A DNA stretch of 22,533 bases from Dehalococcoidia bacterium (GTDB taxonomy: Bacteria; Chloroflexota; Dehalococcoidia; Lucifugimonadales; UBA3495). The notes below the pieces were generated by a model, which did not search any database, was not told the origin of the DNA, and saw only the letters and a program-made list of their open reading frames with translations. A program made the translations under genes and the position numbers. Each line of letters opens with the position of its first letter. Positions within the stretch are counted from its first letter, which is position 1. Where the stretch lies: positions 1 to 22,533 of the forward strand of contig JASLXV010000007.1 in assembly GCA_030740155.1 (NCBI GenBank). The letters run 5' to 3'. Below, in pieces: positions 8,873 to 18,430 of this stretch.

Positions 8873-9640
8873 ATGGCTCAGTACGGCTTCTTTTTCGACC
8901 AGAGCCGGTGCACCGGCTGCCACGCCTGTTCCATCGCCTGCAAGGGGTGGTACGACATTGCACCCGGGCCCTTGAAGTACATGCGGGTGTTCCAGTGGGA
9001 GCAGGGGACCTTTCCCAACCTCCGTCTCGGCTTCCTCGCCGTGAACTGCTACCACTGCGAGAATCCTGTGTGCCTGCGTGAGTGCCCCCAGGGCGCCATC
9101 TTCAAGGAGGACCGTTACGGCGCCGTCCTGATCGACCAGGAGCGCTGCCAGGCGGAAAGTGTATGCCAGAGGGAGTGCTGGGAGGCGTGTCCCTACGGCT
9201 CCATTGTGTTTGCCAGCGACGATTCCGGAGAGAAGGCGCATAACTGTACGATGTGCATCGACCGCCTCGAGGAGGGTCAAACCCCCATCTGCGTTCTGTC
9301 TTGCTCCCTCAGGGCCCTGGAATTCGGCCCCATCGAGGAGCTGCGAGGCAAGTACGGCAGCCTCAACACCCTGGACGAGTTGCCCAGCGGAGAGACCACC
9401 GGGCCTTCGGTGGTATTCAAGCCCCGCGATGGCAAGAAACAGCTTATCCCCTGGGATGCGGAGCGAGCCCTTGACCTCTGGCAAAATCGAGGACCCCTCG
9501 CGCCATCCGACCTGCCTCCTATCTTCACCTCTAGGGATGACGTGGTGAGCCCGTCCACGGGCCTTCGGGGCCGAGACCGGTTGAACCTCAAGCCTCGCAC
9601 GGCGGAGGAACTCATGGAGGCCACCCGCAACGATGAGTAG
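8873..9640 (+). CDS. DmsB-like 4Fe-4S dicluster electron-transfer subunit
   Basis: MAQYGFFFDQSRCTGCHACSIACK, CYHCENPVCLRECP, CWEACPYG and CTMC..R..EG..PICV.SC. RBS GGAGG at 8861-8865 gives ATG 8873. Confidence 0.92.
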   Translation: MAQYGFFFDQSRCTGCHACSIACKGWYDIAPGPLKYMRVFQWEQGTFPNLRLGFLAVNCYHCENPVCLRECPQGAIFKEDRYGAVLIDQERCQAESVCQRECWEACPYGSIVFASDDSGEKAHNCTMCIDRLEEGQTPICVLSCSLRALEFGPIEELRGKYGSLNTLDELPSGETTGPSVVFKPRDGKKQLIPWDAERALDLWQNRGPLAPSDLPPIFTSRDDVVSPSTGLRGRDRLNLKPRTAEELMEATRNDE

Positions 9641-9996
9641 CCCTCGGGCCGGGTGGTAGATCCGGAAAGGTCTTCGTCACGGCACCTCCCGCGGACCGGT
9701 GAAATAACACCGGCAGCTAGGAGACGCCCGAGCCAACGTAAACCCGGGGCGCTGCATTGAGCAGATCCAGACTGCTGGACCTGATCCTCGAATCCGGGAA
9801 CAACGTCCATCCCTCGGGGTTCCTGCATACGGGTTTTGCCTCAAGCCCCTTCAAAACTGAATTGTTTTGGGGCAACTGCCTTCTCTGCCCCAAAGGTCCA
9901 CCGTATCGGGGCAACTCCAAAACGTAGACGCCGGCTCAACTTCCGGACCGCCCTCCAGCCGGGCCGTCCTTTAGATAGTAGTTTGCTTCGATCGAG

Positions 9997-10002
9997 TATA
10001 AT
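9997..10002 (+). promoter_or_regulatory. Possible sigma70 -10 element upstream of the TPR gene
   Basis: Perfect TATAAT in an AT-richer intergenic patch; no convincing -35 at 16-18 nt. Confidence 0.3.
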
Positions 10003-10127
10003 TGGCCGACAATCAGGTCAGGCGCGAAGAAGAGACTAACGTTGAGTCCAATAACCGGGCAATGGAGTCAAGGACGCAACACTCGATGCTGGTATGACCC
10101 GTGGCTCCTTACTATGGAGGAACAACC

Positions 10128-10991
10128 GTGAACTTCCGACGTTTCCTATCCAAGCTCATTTCACCCGGGGCTTCCGCGGGCGGCCAGAGCGGATCGGAAC
10201 ACCCCACTGACGCGGGCCCCGAGCATCAGGATGGTGCATCCACCGAAGATGACAGAGGGGATAGCCAGGACGATAGGGGCATAACTGACCTGATCGCCGC
10301 GCTCGACGATGCGATCCGGTTGAATCCTCAAGATGCAGTGGCCCATTTCCGCAGGGGAGTTGCTTATAGAAGCCTGTGCCAGCTCGACCGGGCTCTTCAA
10401 GACCTCAACGAGGCCATTCGAATCGACCCCATTCTCGCACCAGCTTACTACCATAGGGGTGATGTCTACGCGGTTGCCGGCCAAATGGAAGCCGCTATTC
10501 AAAATTACGACATCTCCATAGACCTTTACCCCAAATACGCACCAGCCTATGCTGACCGGGGCTCCGCCCACGATGACCTCGGTGAATACCAGCAAGCCGT
10601 CGAGGACTTTACCGAGGCGATTCGTCTGGATCCGACGTCTGCCGAAACCTTCTACGACCGTGCCGTCTCCTATTCAAGGCAAGGCCAGTTCGACCGGTCC
10701 ATTCCAGACTATGATGAAGCGATTCGTTTAGACCTCACATATACCATGGCGTACGGCAACCGGGGTGCGGCTTACGCTTCATTGGGCGAATACCAGCGGG
10801 CGGTCGAAAACTTGGACGAAGCGATTCGTCTAGATGACCGATACCCTTTGGCCTACGCGAACCGGGCCCTAGCCAACGCTCAATTGGGCAATGATGACCG
10901 GATCGAGCAAGACCTTGAGAAGGCCGTTGACTTGGGATTCGACCGCTCGACTCTGGGAGAGGGGATCCAGGCAATCAAGGATGCCCGCTAG
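10128..10991 (+). CDS. Tetratricopeptide repeat protein
   Basis: About 6-7 34-aa repeats (AYxxRG...A..D..EAIRLDP) after a low-complexity N-terminus. RBS GGAGG at 10116-10120 before GTG 10128. Confidence 0.93.
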   Translation: MNFRRFLSKLISPGASAGGQSGSEHPTDAGPEHQDGASTEDDRGDSQDDRGITDLIAALDDAIRLNPQDAVAHFRRGVAYRSLCQLDRALQDLNEAIRIDPILAPAYYHRGDVYAVAGQMEAAIQNYDISIDLYPKYAPAYADRGSAHDDLGEYQQAVEDFTEAIRLDPTSAETFYDRAVSYSRQGQFDRSIPDYDEAIRLDLTYTMAYGNRGAAYASLGEYQRAVENLDEAIRLDDRYPLAYANRALANAQLGNDDRIEQDLEKAVDLGFDRSTLGEGIQAIKDAR

Positions 10992-11077
10992 CCGCAACGG
11001 CGCGAAAGACAAGGCCCTTTGCCGGGGTTCTAGGAGCAGGGTTCTCGCCGGCTACCTGTCGAATCTCCGCGTCTACC

Positions 11078-12325
11078 TCAGACAGCCCCATCGGCCTGGA
11101 GTTGGTCCAACTCTCCAGGGGTGAGACCACCGATGCCGCATAGAATCTCCCGGTTGTGCTCTCCCAAGAGAGGAGGGGTGCGGGCCGGGGTACTGACGCA
11201 GCCGACCAGGTGGATCGGAGTGTTGACCATGCGGAAGGAGCCGCCCAGGCCGTCACCCGTGCGGACGAACATGTTTCTGGCTTCCAGGTGAGGGCAGCGG
11301 TCCAGATCAGCCTGGTCCTGCACCACGCCCATGGAAAAGCCGAGACCATTCAGTTTCTCCGCCACTTCCCATTTTGAGCGGTGCCGGGACCAGGCCTCGA
11401 TGGTGGGGATAATCTGATCGAAGTAGAACTCGCCGCTGACACCATCGCAGAGGTAGCGGGGGTCCTGGCTCAACTCATCTCTGCCGATGAGCCGCCACAA
11501 CGCGGCCCATTTCTCCTCCCCCCCGGTGCCGGAAAGCGCCGCAAATCCGTCATTGGCCTCCAGCTTGGTCGCTTGGGAGATCGCCCGGCCTTGCTCCCCC
11601 TTGTGAGAGCGGCCGGTTACGTAGCCAGTGGCCTGGTATTTGGGCACGGATTCGGTGGTGTGCGCCACCAAGCAATCGTACATGGCCATGTCCACGTGTT
11701 GCCCCAGGCCGGTCTTGCGCCGCGTCTCCAGGGCCAGCACAATCCCCAGGGCGGTCCACAACCCCGGGACCGTGTCTCCGATGGGCTCGCCGACCATTTG
11801 AGGCGGAGCGTCCGGAGGGCCGGTGACCTGCATTAAGCCGCCCATCCCCTGGACGGCCCCGTTGTTGGCCAGCCATTGGGAGTAAGGACCCCTTAATCCC
11901 TCGCCGTCGCCGTACCCAGTGATACTGGCGTAGACCAGCCTTGGGTTAAGCAGGCGGAGGTCATCGAACCCCAGGCCCAAGCGGCGCAGCGCGCCCGGGC
12001 CCCAGTTCTCCAGCAGGACGTCGGCCTCCCGCACCATATTTTGAAAGACTTGCTTGCACCGGGGGACCCGGAGGTCCAGCGTTACACTCTTCTTGTTCCG
12101 GTTGACGGCCAGAAAGGGGGCGCTAACGCGCCGCCCGTCGGATTTCTCGATAATAGGCTCGGTGCCGCGGCGGCGGTCACCGCCATTGGGGCGCTCGATC
12201 TTGATTACCTCAGCCCCCATATCGGCCAGGATCATGGAACAGAAGGGCCCGGCCAAGATATGGGTGGCGTCAAGGACCCGGGTACCCTCCAGAGGCAGGG
12301 GTAGTTTTTCGTCGCAAGCAGCCAT
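11078..12325 (-). CDS. Family III CoA-transferase (CaiB/BaiF)
   Basis: PLEGTRVLD..HILAGPFCSMILADMGAEVIKIERP.GD, NRNKKSVTLDL, SITGYG, catalytic Asp in PIGDTVPG, and a PPLLGEHN tail. Start chosen at ATG 12325. Confidence 0.95.
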   Translation of the reverse strand: MAACDEKLPLPLEGTRVLDATHILAGPFCSMILADMGAEVIKIERPNGGDRRRGTEPIIEKSDGRRVSAPFLAVNRNKKSVTLDLRVPRCKQVFQNMVREADVLLENWGPGALRRLGLGFDDLRLLNPRLVYASITGYGDGEGLRGPYSQWLANNGAVQGMGGLMQVTGPPDAPPQMVGEPIGDTVPGLWTALGIVLALETRRKTGLGQHVDMAMYDCLVAHTTESVPKYQATGYVTGRSHKGEQGRAISQATKLEANDGFAALSGTGGEEKWAALWRLIGRDELSQDPRYLCDGVSGEFYFDQIIPTIEAWSRHRSKWEVAEKLNGLGFSMGVVQDQADLDRCPHLEARNMFVRTGDGLGGSFRMVNTPIHLVGCVSTPARTPPLLGEHNREILCGIGGLTPGELDQLQADGAV

Positions 12326-12444
12326 TACGTCGCCCCTTAGTTCGACCGCCCCGGTTTCTGCAACCTCGGCCCAGCGTCGACGAACCGGGCGGCGTTCCGC
12401 AGGCAAATGGAGGCAGCGTCAATCAGAATTTATACAGATAACCT

Positions 12445-12530
12445 TCCGCCGTGGTTCGAAAGCTCACCACGGACGGAGTCCCCCTCTCATCACTTCGGCA
12501 AGCTCGGAGCAGGCCCTGAGCCTGCCGAAG
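12445..12530. repeat. Two REP-like palindromic elements
   Basis: TCCGCCGTGGT-TCGAAAGCTC-ACCACGGACGGA (12445-12477) and CTTCGGCAAGCTCGG...CCTGAGCCTGCCGAAG (12493-12530). Both share a TTCG..AAGCTC core. Confidence 0.65.
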
Positions 12531-12627
12531 GATCAGAAGGGAGCACTTGCGGGTTTCTCGGATAGGCCCCCACCTTGCGATTGGCGTCGCCGGCAGGGCC
12601 GCCCAGGGCCAGCGTCCCTCAAATAAG

Positions 12628-13071
12628 CTATTTTGTAATGGAGGCGAAGCCTACCACCACCTTGGCTTGCCGCTGGTTCTCCCCCCACACCTCCATCTCC
12701 AGGCGGGTCTTGTCACCTTCCTGGACTTTTTCAATGACCTTCGCGCCGGTCGTGATAGTATCCCCTGCCAGCAGAACGCCGACGTAATGCGTGTCCAGCT
12801 TGCCCCCGGTAAACCAGTCCATGCCGAAGAAATTGACCAGCATTTCCTCCAAGCAGGCAAACATCTGGGGTCCCGCGACTATGGGAGCGGGGCGGCCCAG
12901 CCTTTTCGCCACTTCGACGCTGGTGTGCTGGTTTACCTCGTCATGGCCGTACTTGTTCAACCCGGGCCAGCCGGAGAAAAGGCGCATGTGCCCGAGGCTC
13001 ATGGGCCAGGACAGGCTCGGAAGTTCAAAACCTACTTCAATGTCTGCAATATTCGCTACGCCGGTGGTCAT
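12628..13071 (-). CDS. MaoC-like hotdog-fold dehydratase (putative catalytic subunit)
   Basis: DEVNQHTS.EVAKRLGRPAPIVAG hydratase-2-like motif, VLLAGDTITTGAKV and VWGENQ motifs. RBS AGGAGGAG gives ATG 13071. Confidence 0.85.
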   Translation of the reverse strand: MTTGVANIADIEVGFELPSLSWPMSLGHMRLFSGWPGLNKYGHDEVNQHTSVEVAKRLGRPAPIVAGPQMFACLEEMLVNFFGMDWFTGGKLDTHYVGVLLAGDTITTGAKVIEKVQEGDKTRLEMEVWGENQRQAKVVVGFASITK

Positions 13072-13120
13072 TACACTCCTCCTTTGGACCGTTGGGTAGT
13101 TATTCATTCCGAACGGCCGT

Positions 13121-13564
13121 CTAGCGATACTGGACCTTTTGGCCGGCGGGCAGGGCGCACTGGAGGTGCCTGATCACCATTACCTCGTCGCCGCCTTCAT
13201 CCCGTACGGTAAATTCCCACACCGTATAATACTTGCCCCGCTTTTCGTATTTCTCCGTGAGCTTTCCCCTGGCGCTGATCTTGGTGCCCACCTTCACCGG
13301 CTTCTTGTATTCCACCGCGGTGCCGGCATTTACGTTACCGCCGGGAGCGCTGATGCGAATGGTCCTCATTCCCATGCCCACCGTTCGCAAAACCGCCGGC
13401 GGCACGATGGGCTCTCCCAAAGGGGAGCCGTAGCGGTACCAGTCGTCGTTGGGGGTATCCAGGGCATGGGCATACCACAGAACGGTCTCGCGGCTGAGCA
13501 CCTCCTCAATGGGCTCCGTCTCGATACCCACGGGACAGTCTTCGAAAGTATATTCTTGCCTCAT
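13121..13564 (-). CDS. MaoC-like hotdog-fold protein (putative non-catalytic partner)
   Basis: YAHALD.PN..Y...G.PIVPP, NAGTAVEYKKPVKVG and YEKRGKYY motifs. RBS AGGAGG gives ATG 13564. Confidence 0.85.
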   Translation of the reverse strand: MRQEYTFEDCPVGIETEPIEEVLSRETVLWYAHALDTPNDDWYRYGSPLGEPIVPPAVLRTVGMGMRTIRISAPGGNVNAGTAVEYKKPVKVGTKISARGKLTEKYEKRGKYYTVWEFTVRDEGGDEVMVIRHLQCALPAGQKVQYR

Positions 13565-14007
13565 GTGTACGTCCTCCTGAGATGTTAGCCTTTTGGTGGA
13601 GAGCCTCCCGGGTAAAGTGGCGGTTGTTTCGGCAGCATCGGTCACCTCCGGTGGACCCAGGTGCTACCCGTGGCCGCGGGCGTTACCCCCGCCTTCCGCA
13701 GCCGGTCCGCCCGCGCCGCCAGCCCCACGGCGCCACGCGGTGCGCTGATGGCGCTAATATGACCCCCCCCCATCATGTTGTCAATCCCGCTGGCACCGAA
13801 CTCGGTCTCATCAGGCCGTCAGACTGTGAGCCATGTTCCATTAACTCCTCTTTCAGCAACCCTTCGCTCCCCCAGCCGGCGATCCTGGGCTGTCATTTGA
13901 GACAGAAGAGGCTGACCGGAAGAACTTGCAGTCACAACTGGGGTGGACCCGGAAATTCGGACAGGTCGATAAGCGCGAGTCCCCCATCTAAGAACAGGCT
14001 GGTTGCA

Positions 14008-14234
14008 CTAGTGGAATGGGACGGGCCCGGTCATGATGGCGACCCAGCAGTTATCGTCATCCGCAAAGGTCGTCCACGCTTCCACCCAACGCTGCGCCAT
14101 CCCCGGATTGCTGAAATCAGGCGATCCGGACGGTTGAGAGTGATGATCGCAATTCTTCCGTCGTCTATGGTCTCGTACAATAGCTCCTCGTGCGGCCGAC
14201 CGGCCGGTGGCGTCCTGACGACAGGCTCCGACAT
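14008..14234 (-). pseudogene. Enoyl-CoA hydratase/isomerase (crotonase) N-terminal remnant, frameshifted and truncated
   Basis: ELLYETIDDGRIAIITLNRPDRL in one frame continues as NPGMAQRWVEAWTTFADDDNCWVAIMTG in another (shift near 14110-14118). Similarity ends after MTG; stop codon at 14008. Confidence 0.8.
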
Positions 14235-14454
14235 TCCTGCACCCACTCCAATACCCGCGGACACTACCTCCTGCTCTCTTGAGATGGAGACGACAACGTT
14301 CCACCGACAGAATCGCTGAACACTTAACCCTGACATTCTTCCTGAACAACGACATGCGCCTTCTGTGGCAATGCCGCCAGGCGTCCCCCTTTTGGAGCGG
14401 TACTCGCCGCCTATCGTAACTGAAGTCCCAGTTCTCGCCCGTAGATCACGAACC

Positions 14455-14506
14455 TCTCGGGGGTCTTCACCCCTCAATTGTGTCCCATTTTCGCTGACGG
14501 CCTACA
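14455..14506 (-). mobile_element. Solo IS3-family left end without transposase
   Basis: Reverse strand from 14506 reads TGTAGGCCGTCAGCGAAAATGGGACACA, 26/28 identical to the left end at 22243. Looser similarity continues to about 50 nt, so the inner boundary is approximate. Confidence 0.8.
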
Positions 14507-17500
14507 CCGCACCCGCCCCGAGGAATCCGAAAAGGTGACAGCATCGCCGATGCTGGCCAACGCCTGGGCAAGCTGGTCCGTCGCCTGGTACAGCTCAGCG
14601 TTCTCCACGGCCGGTGCGATCTGGTCCGCCAGCCGCCTCAGGATGGACTGCTCTCGGGGCCCGTAGGTGTTGACCTGGCAACAGTGCAGAGATATGGTGC
14701 CGATGGTCGTCCCCGCTGAGACCAGCGGCAGCATGATACGGGAGCGCAACCCCATCTCGAGCAGTTCCTGATCTACGGGGAACTCGGCGCGGGCCGCCAG
14801 GTTTTCCGAGATCGATGCCTCTCCCGCCGCCATCGTCTGTTCGGGTACGTTGCCCTGGAGGGCTATCACATCTCCAGCTCGGCGTCCCGGTTGGACCACG
14901 CCAAGAAGGTACTTGACCGTAAAGGTTCCGGCCTCGCGGTCGATCAGATTGATGCAAATGCGGTCGAAGCCCACCAGCTTTTTCACCTCGGAGGCGAACT
15001 TCTCGTACACCTGGTCGATGTCCAAGGTGGAGGTGACAATGTGGGCCACCTCGTCCACCACCGCCTTTTCTTCGGCGCTGATCCGGAGTTCCTGGTACAG
15101 CCGGGCGTTCTCCATCGTACGGGCCTCAACCCGCGATTCCAGTTCGTCGTGAGCTTCATGCACTGCGTCGTAAAGCCGGGCGTTCTCCACCGCCGGGGCG
15201 ATCTGATCCGCCAGCCGTTCCAGGAGGGCTTGCTCCCGTAGTCCAAAGCTGCCGACCTTACAACAATGGACGCTCAAAATGCCCGTGACCCGGCCCTTGC
15301 TGAACAGAGGTACCGCGAGGCTGGAGCGCAGGCCGGCCCGGAGGCGGTGGGGATCCAATTTGAAGGTCTGACTGGGCATGATGTCCTCGCGGAGCAAGGG
15401 CCGCCCCGTCCGCATCACCCACTCCGTGACACTTCCCTGGAGGGTCTTGTGAGGGACGCGCGCAATGGACTGAGTCGATTCGCCCTCGTAGAGTATACCG
15501 AACACGAAGGCGTCCACGAAGACACCCGCATCATGGTCTATCACGTTGACGTTGATCCGATCGAAGCCCACCAGCTTCTTCAATTCGGCAGCGAATTGTT
15601 CGTACACCTGGCGGATGTCCAGGGTGGAAGTTACGATGCGCGCCACTTCGTCGACAACGGCCTTTTCCTCGGTGCTGGCCCGAAGTTGCTGGTACAGCCG
15701 GGCATTCTCCACCGCCGGAGCGATCTGGTCCGCCAGCCGCTCCAGAATGGCCTGCTCGCTTGGGCCGTAGGTGCCCACGCTCCGGCTGTGCACGGTCAAG
15801 CTTCCCACAACGCAGCCCTTGCTGGTCAAGGGCGCCGCAAGCATCGATTTCAGGCCCGTACGGAGGCGCAGATCGTCACCACATAGGCCGTCACTAACCT
15901 TGATCTCCTTCCGCAGGAAGGTTCGGCCCGTCCTCAAAACCTGTTCCACCACGGTCCCCGCGATGGGCATGCCGACTCCGATTTCGCGGCCTTCCCATTT
16001 GACCCCGGACATGTACAAATTTGTCAAAGTTGCGGTTTCGACATCTACAACATTTATGGTAATCCGGTCGAAGGATACCAACTTCTTCACTTCGGCGGCG
16101 AACTCCTCGTAAACCTGGTCGATGTCCAGGGTCGAGGAGACGATACGCGCTATCTCATCGACAACGGCCCTTTCCTTGGTGCTGGCCTGAAGTTCCTGGT
16201 AGATCTTGGCATTCTCCGCAGTGCGAGCTTCTACCCTAGATTCCAGATCGTCGTGAGCTTGTTGCAGCGACACGTGCAGCCGGGCGTTTTCCAGCGCCGG
16301 GGCGATCTGACTCGCCAGCCGCTCCAGGATATCCTGTTCCGTTGGACCGTAGGCGCCCACCCTGACACTGTGCACCGTCAGGGTGCCCATGGTCCGGCCC
16401 TTGTTGAATAGGGGCACCGCAAGACTGGAACGCAGACCCGCCCAGAGACGGGCCTGGTCACCTGAGTAACCCTCACCGGTCCGCAGGTCTTCGCACACAA
16501 CGGGCTGGCCAGTCCGGAGCACCCGCTCCGCCCCTGTTCCTTCGAGAGCCACCTGGGCGGAGACGCCGGATCCTTCGACAGCAATCCCGGACAAATACTG
16601 TGCGGTGATAATGCCGGCATCAGGATCGACATCATTGATGACAATTCGGTCGAAGTCCACCAGTTTTTTCACTTCGGCGGCGAACATCTCGTACACCTGG
16701 CCGATGTCGAGAGTCGAGCCGACAATGCGGCCGATGGCGGCGATCACCTCATTCTCGTGGGCCAGTCGCCGCGCCGATTCCTCGCACTCCTTCTGGGCCC
16801 CTTCCGCTGCCTTCAGGCCGGTGACATCGCTGCCGTAAACATGGCCGATGCCAAGCTCAGGCACGCCTTGGATCACAAATTGAAAATGCCGCTCACCCAC
16901 CCGGGCCTCACTCGACACAATCAGACCATCCCGGATGCACCGGTCCAGGTCCAGGTCCGCGGTGCCGGCAACAAGAGATGCCAGCGGTGCGTGCCGGTTC
17001 GCTCCCTCGCCCAGAAAATCGACGGCAGCGGGGTTGGCGGAGAGGACCAGGCCATCGGGATCAAAGCTCAGCACGGGAGCTGGGCTTAGCTGAGGAAAGA
17101 GGGCCAGCTCTCGGATCCGGTGCTCCAGCCGGTCCTCGGCCCATTTGCGCTCGGTGACATCGCGAATCAACACCATGTACGCCAGTTGCCCTTCCCGTTC
17201 GATTGGATCGGCGCGCATTCCTGCTACGCCTGGGCGCCCGTCGTGGCGCGTGATGTCTATCTCCGCCGTGCTGCCCGGCGCCAGCGCGGACCTCCACAAC
17301 TCACCGATCCCTTGCCTTTCCCTCACGTCCACCATGGCCTTCGCCGCCCGGTTGGCCAACCGCACGGTACCGCTCCTGTCCACCACGAGGACTCCGTTGG
17401 GATTCTCTTCAATGATGTTGGAGAAACTCGGCTGATTGAACTCCAGGGACTGACCCCACCTCCGGCGCTCCGCCTCTCCTTGATCCAGTGTCCTGGCGTG

Positions 17501-18430
17501 CAGCGCGACCACGGCCACCAACGCGGCGACGGTGGCCCAGACGCTGACTCCCGCCCCCAGGGCGGCGCTAGAGAACCCTGCTTGGGCGCCCAGGAAATCG
17601 ATCCCGCCAAGCACGACCGGAACCGCGATGACCGCGACCAGCAGGCGCCGCGCCATCAGGCTGCCGGGGCGGTCTCCGGCGAGGAATGGAATCAACCCGC
17701 TGGCGCGGCGGGCCAGCAGAGCGCCAACAAGCAGCAACAGGAAGGAGAGCGCCGTGGGCAACGCCATCCCTGAGTACGAATCGATCCCGTAGAGGCCCGC
17801 GACGCTGTAGAGGTAGCCCGTGAGAGGCACCAGGCACACCAAGCCGCCGGTGAGAATGATGATCTGGGCCGGCCGCAGACCCAGCCGTGTCTCCGCGTCC
17901 AGAAGCAGGAGCCCGAAGCCAACCAGGACGAAGGACAGTGCGGTATGGGGCGATAAACGACCGGGTATGGAAGAGACCAGGGTTCCCACCGGGTCCCCGA
18001 ATAACAGCTGGTCGAATCCCGGGTCCCGGCCGGACACGTACTCGACGAGCGTAAGCAAACCCAGCAGGGCAACAGCGAGCGCGCCCGTTTGCCCGGCGCG
18101 GCGCTGGAGCCGCTGGAGATGGGACTGCGGGTGCTCTACTCGCATCAGCCATATGGACACGGCGGCAACCAGGAGACCCAAAGCCGTGTTCGGCATTATC
18201 CTGGGCAAGCCGGGGATGATGCTCTTCACTCCTTCAATGTCGAGGGCCCAGCCGTAGAGCACCAGGCTCGCCCCGAGGATGACGGCGGCGCTCGCGGCCC
18301 ACAGAAAGACGTTGACGGAGGAGCCGAGGCAAGCCTCTCCAGCGAACAAGAACAAGGGCCGGGCTGGAAATGAAGAAGAAGAGCCTTGGCCTGGCGGCCC
18401 CGGGAATCCAGATGGCCTCCGTAGTTCCAT
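14474..18430 (-). pseudogene. Membrane-bound PAS/4xGAF sensor protein (probable histidine kinase or other signalling enzyme), 3'-truncated by an IS end at 14506
   Basis: Multi-TM N-terminus, PAS-like segments (ENPNGVLVVD...RDVTERK; LSPAPVL...SDVT), four GAF repeats, then the start of a PAS (ASIGDAVTFSD). The last residues CRPSAKMGHN* come from the IS end. RBS GAGGAGG gives ATG 18430. Confidence 0.85.

Noticed and set aside
570..9828. Many long overlapping or antisense ORFs (e.g. 3315..4472 -, 6544..7683 -)
   Set aside because: Shadow frames of GC-rich genes, with no motifs.
13998..14025. Possible partner IS end (AATGGGAC) making 14000-14506 a MITE carrying the crotonase fragment
   Set aside because: Only the 8-nt core matches and there is no correctly spaced TG terminus, although it does coincide with the end of crotonase similarity.
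13582..14319. 245-aa + strand ORF
   Set aside because: Pro/Arg/Ser-rich, no domain, and antisense to the crotonase remnant.
14590..16760. Recurrent nucleotide repeats as a CRISPR or non-coding array
   Set aside because: They are codon-degenerate copies about 500-600 nt apart inside the GAF coding repeats; no cas genes in the window.
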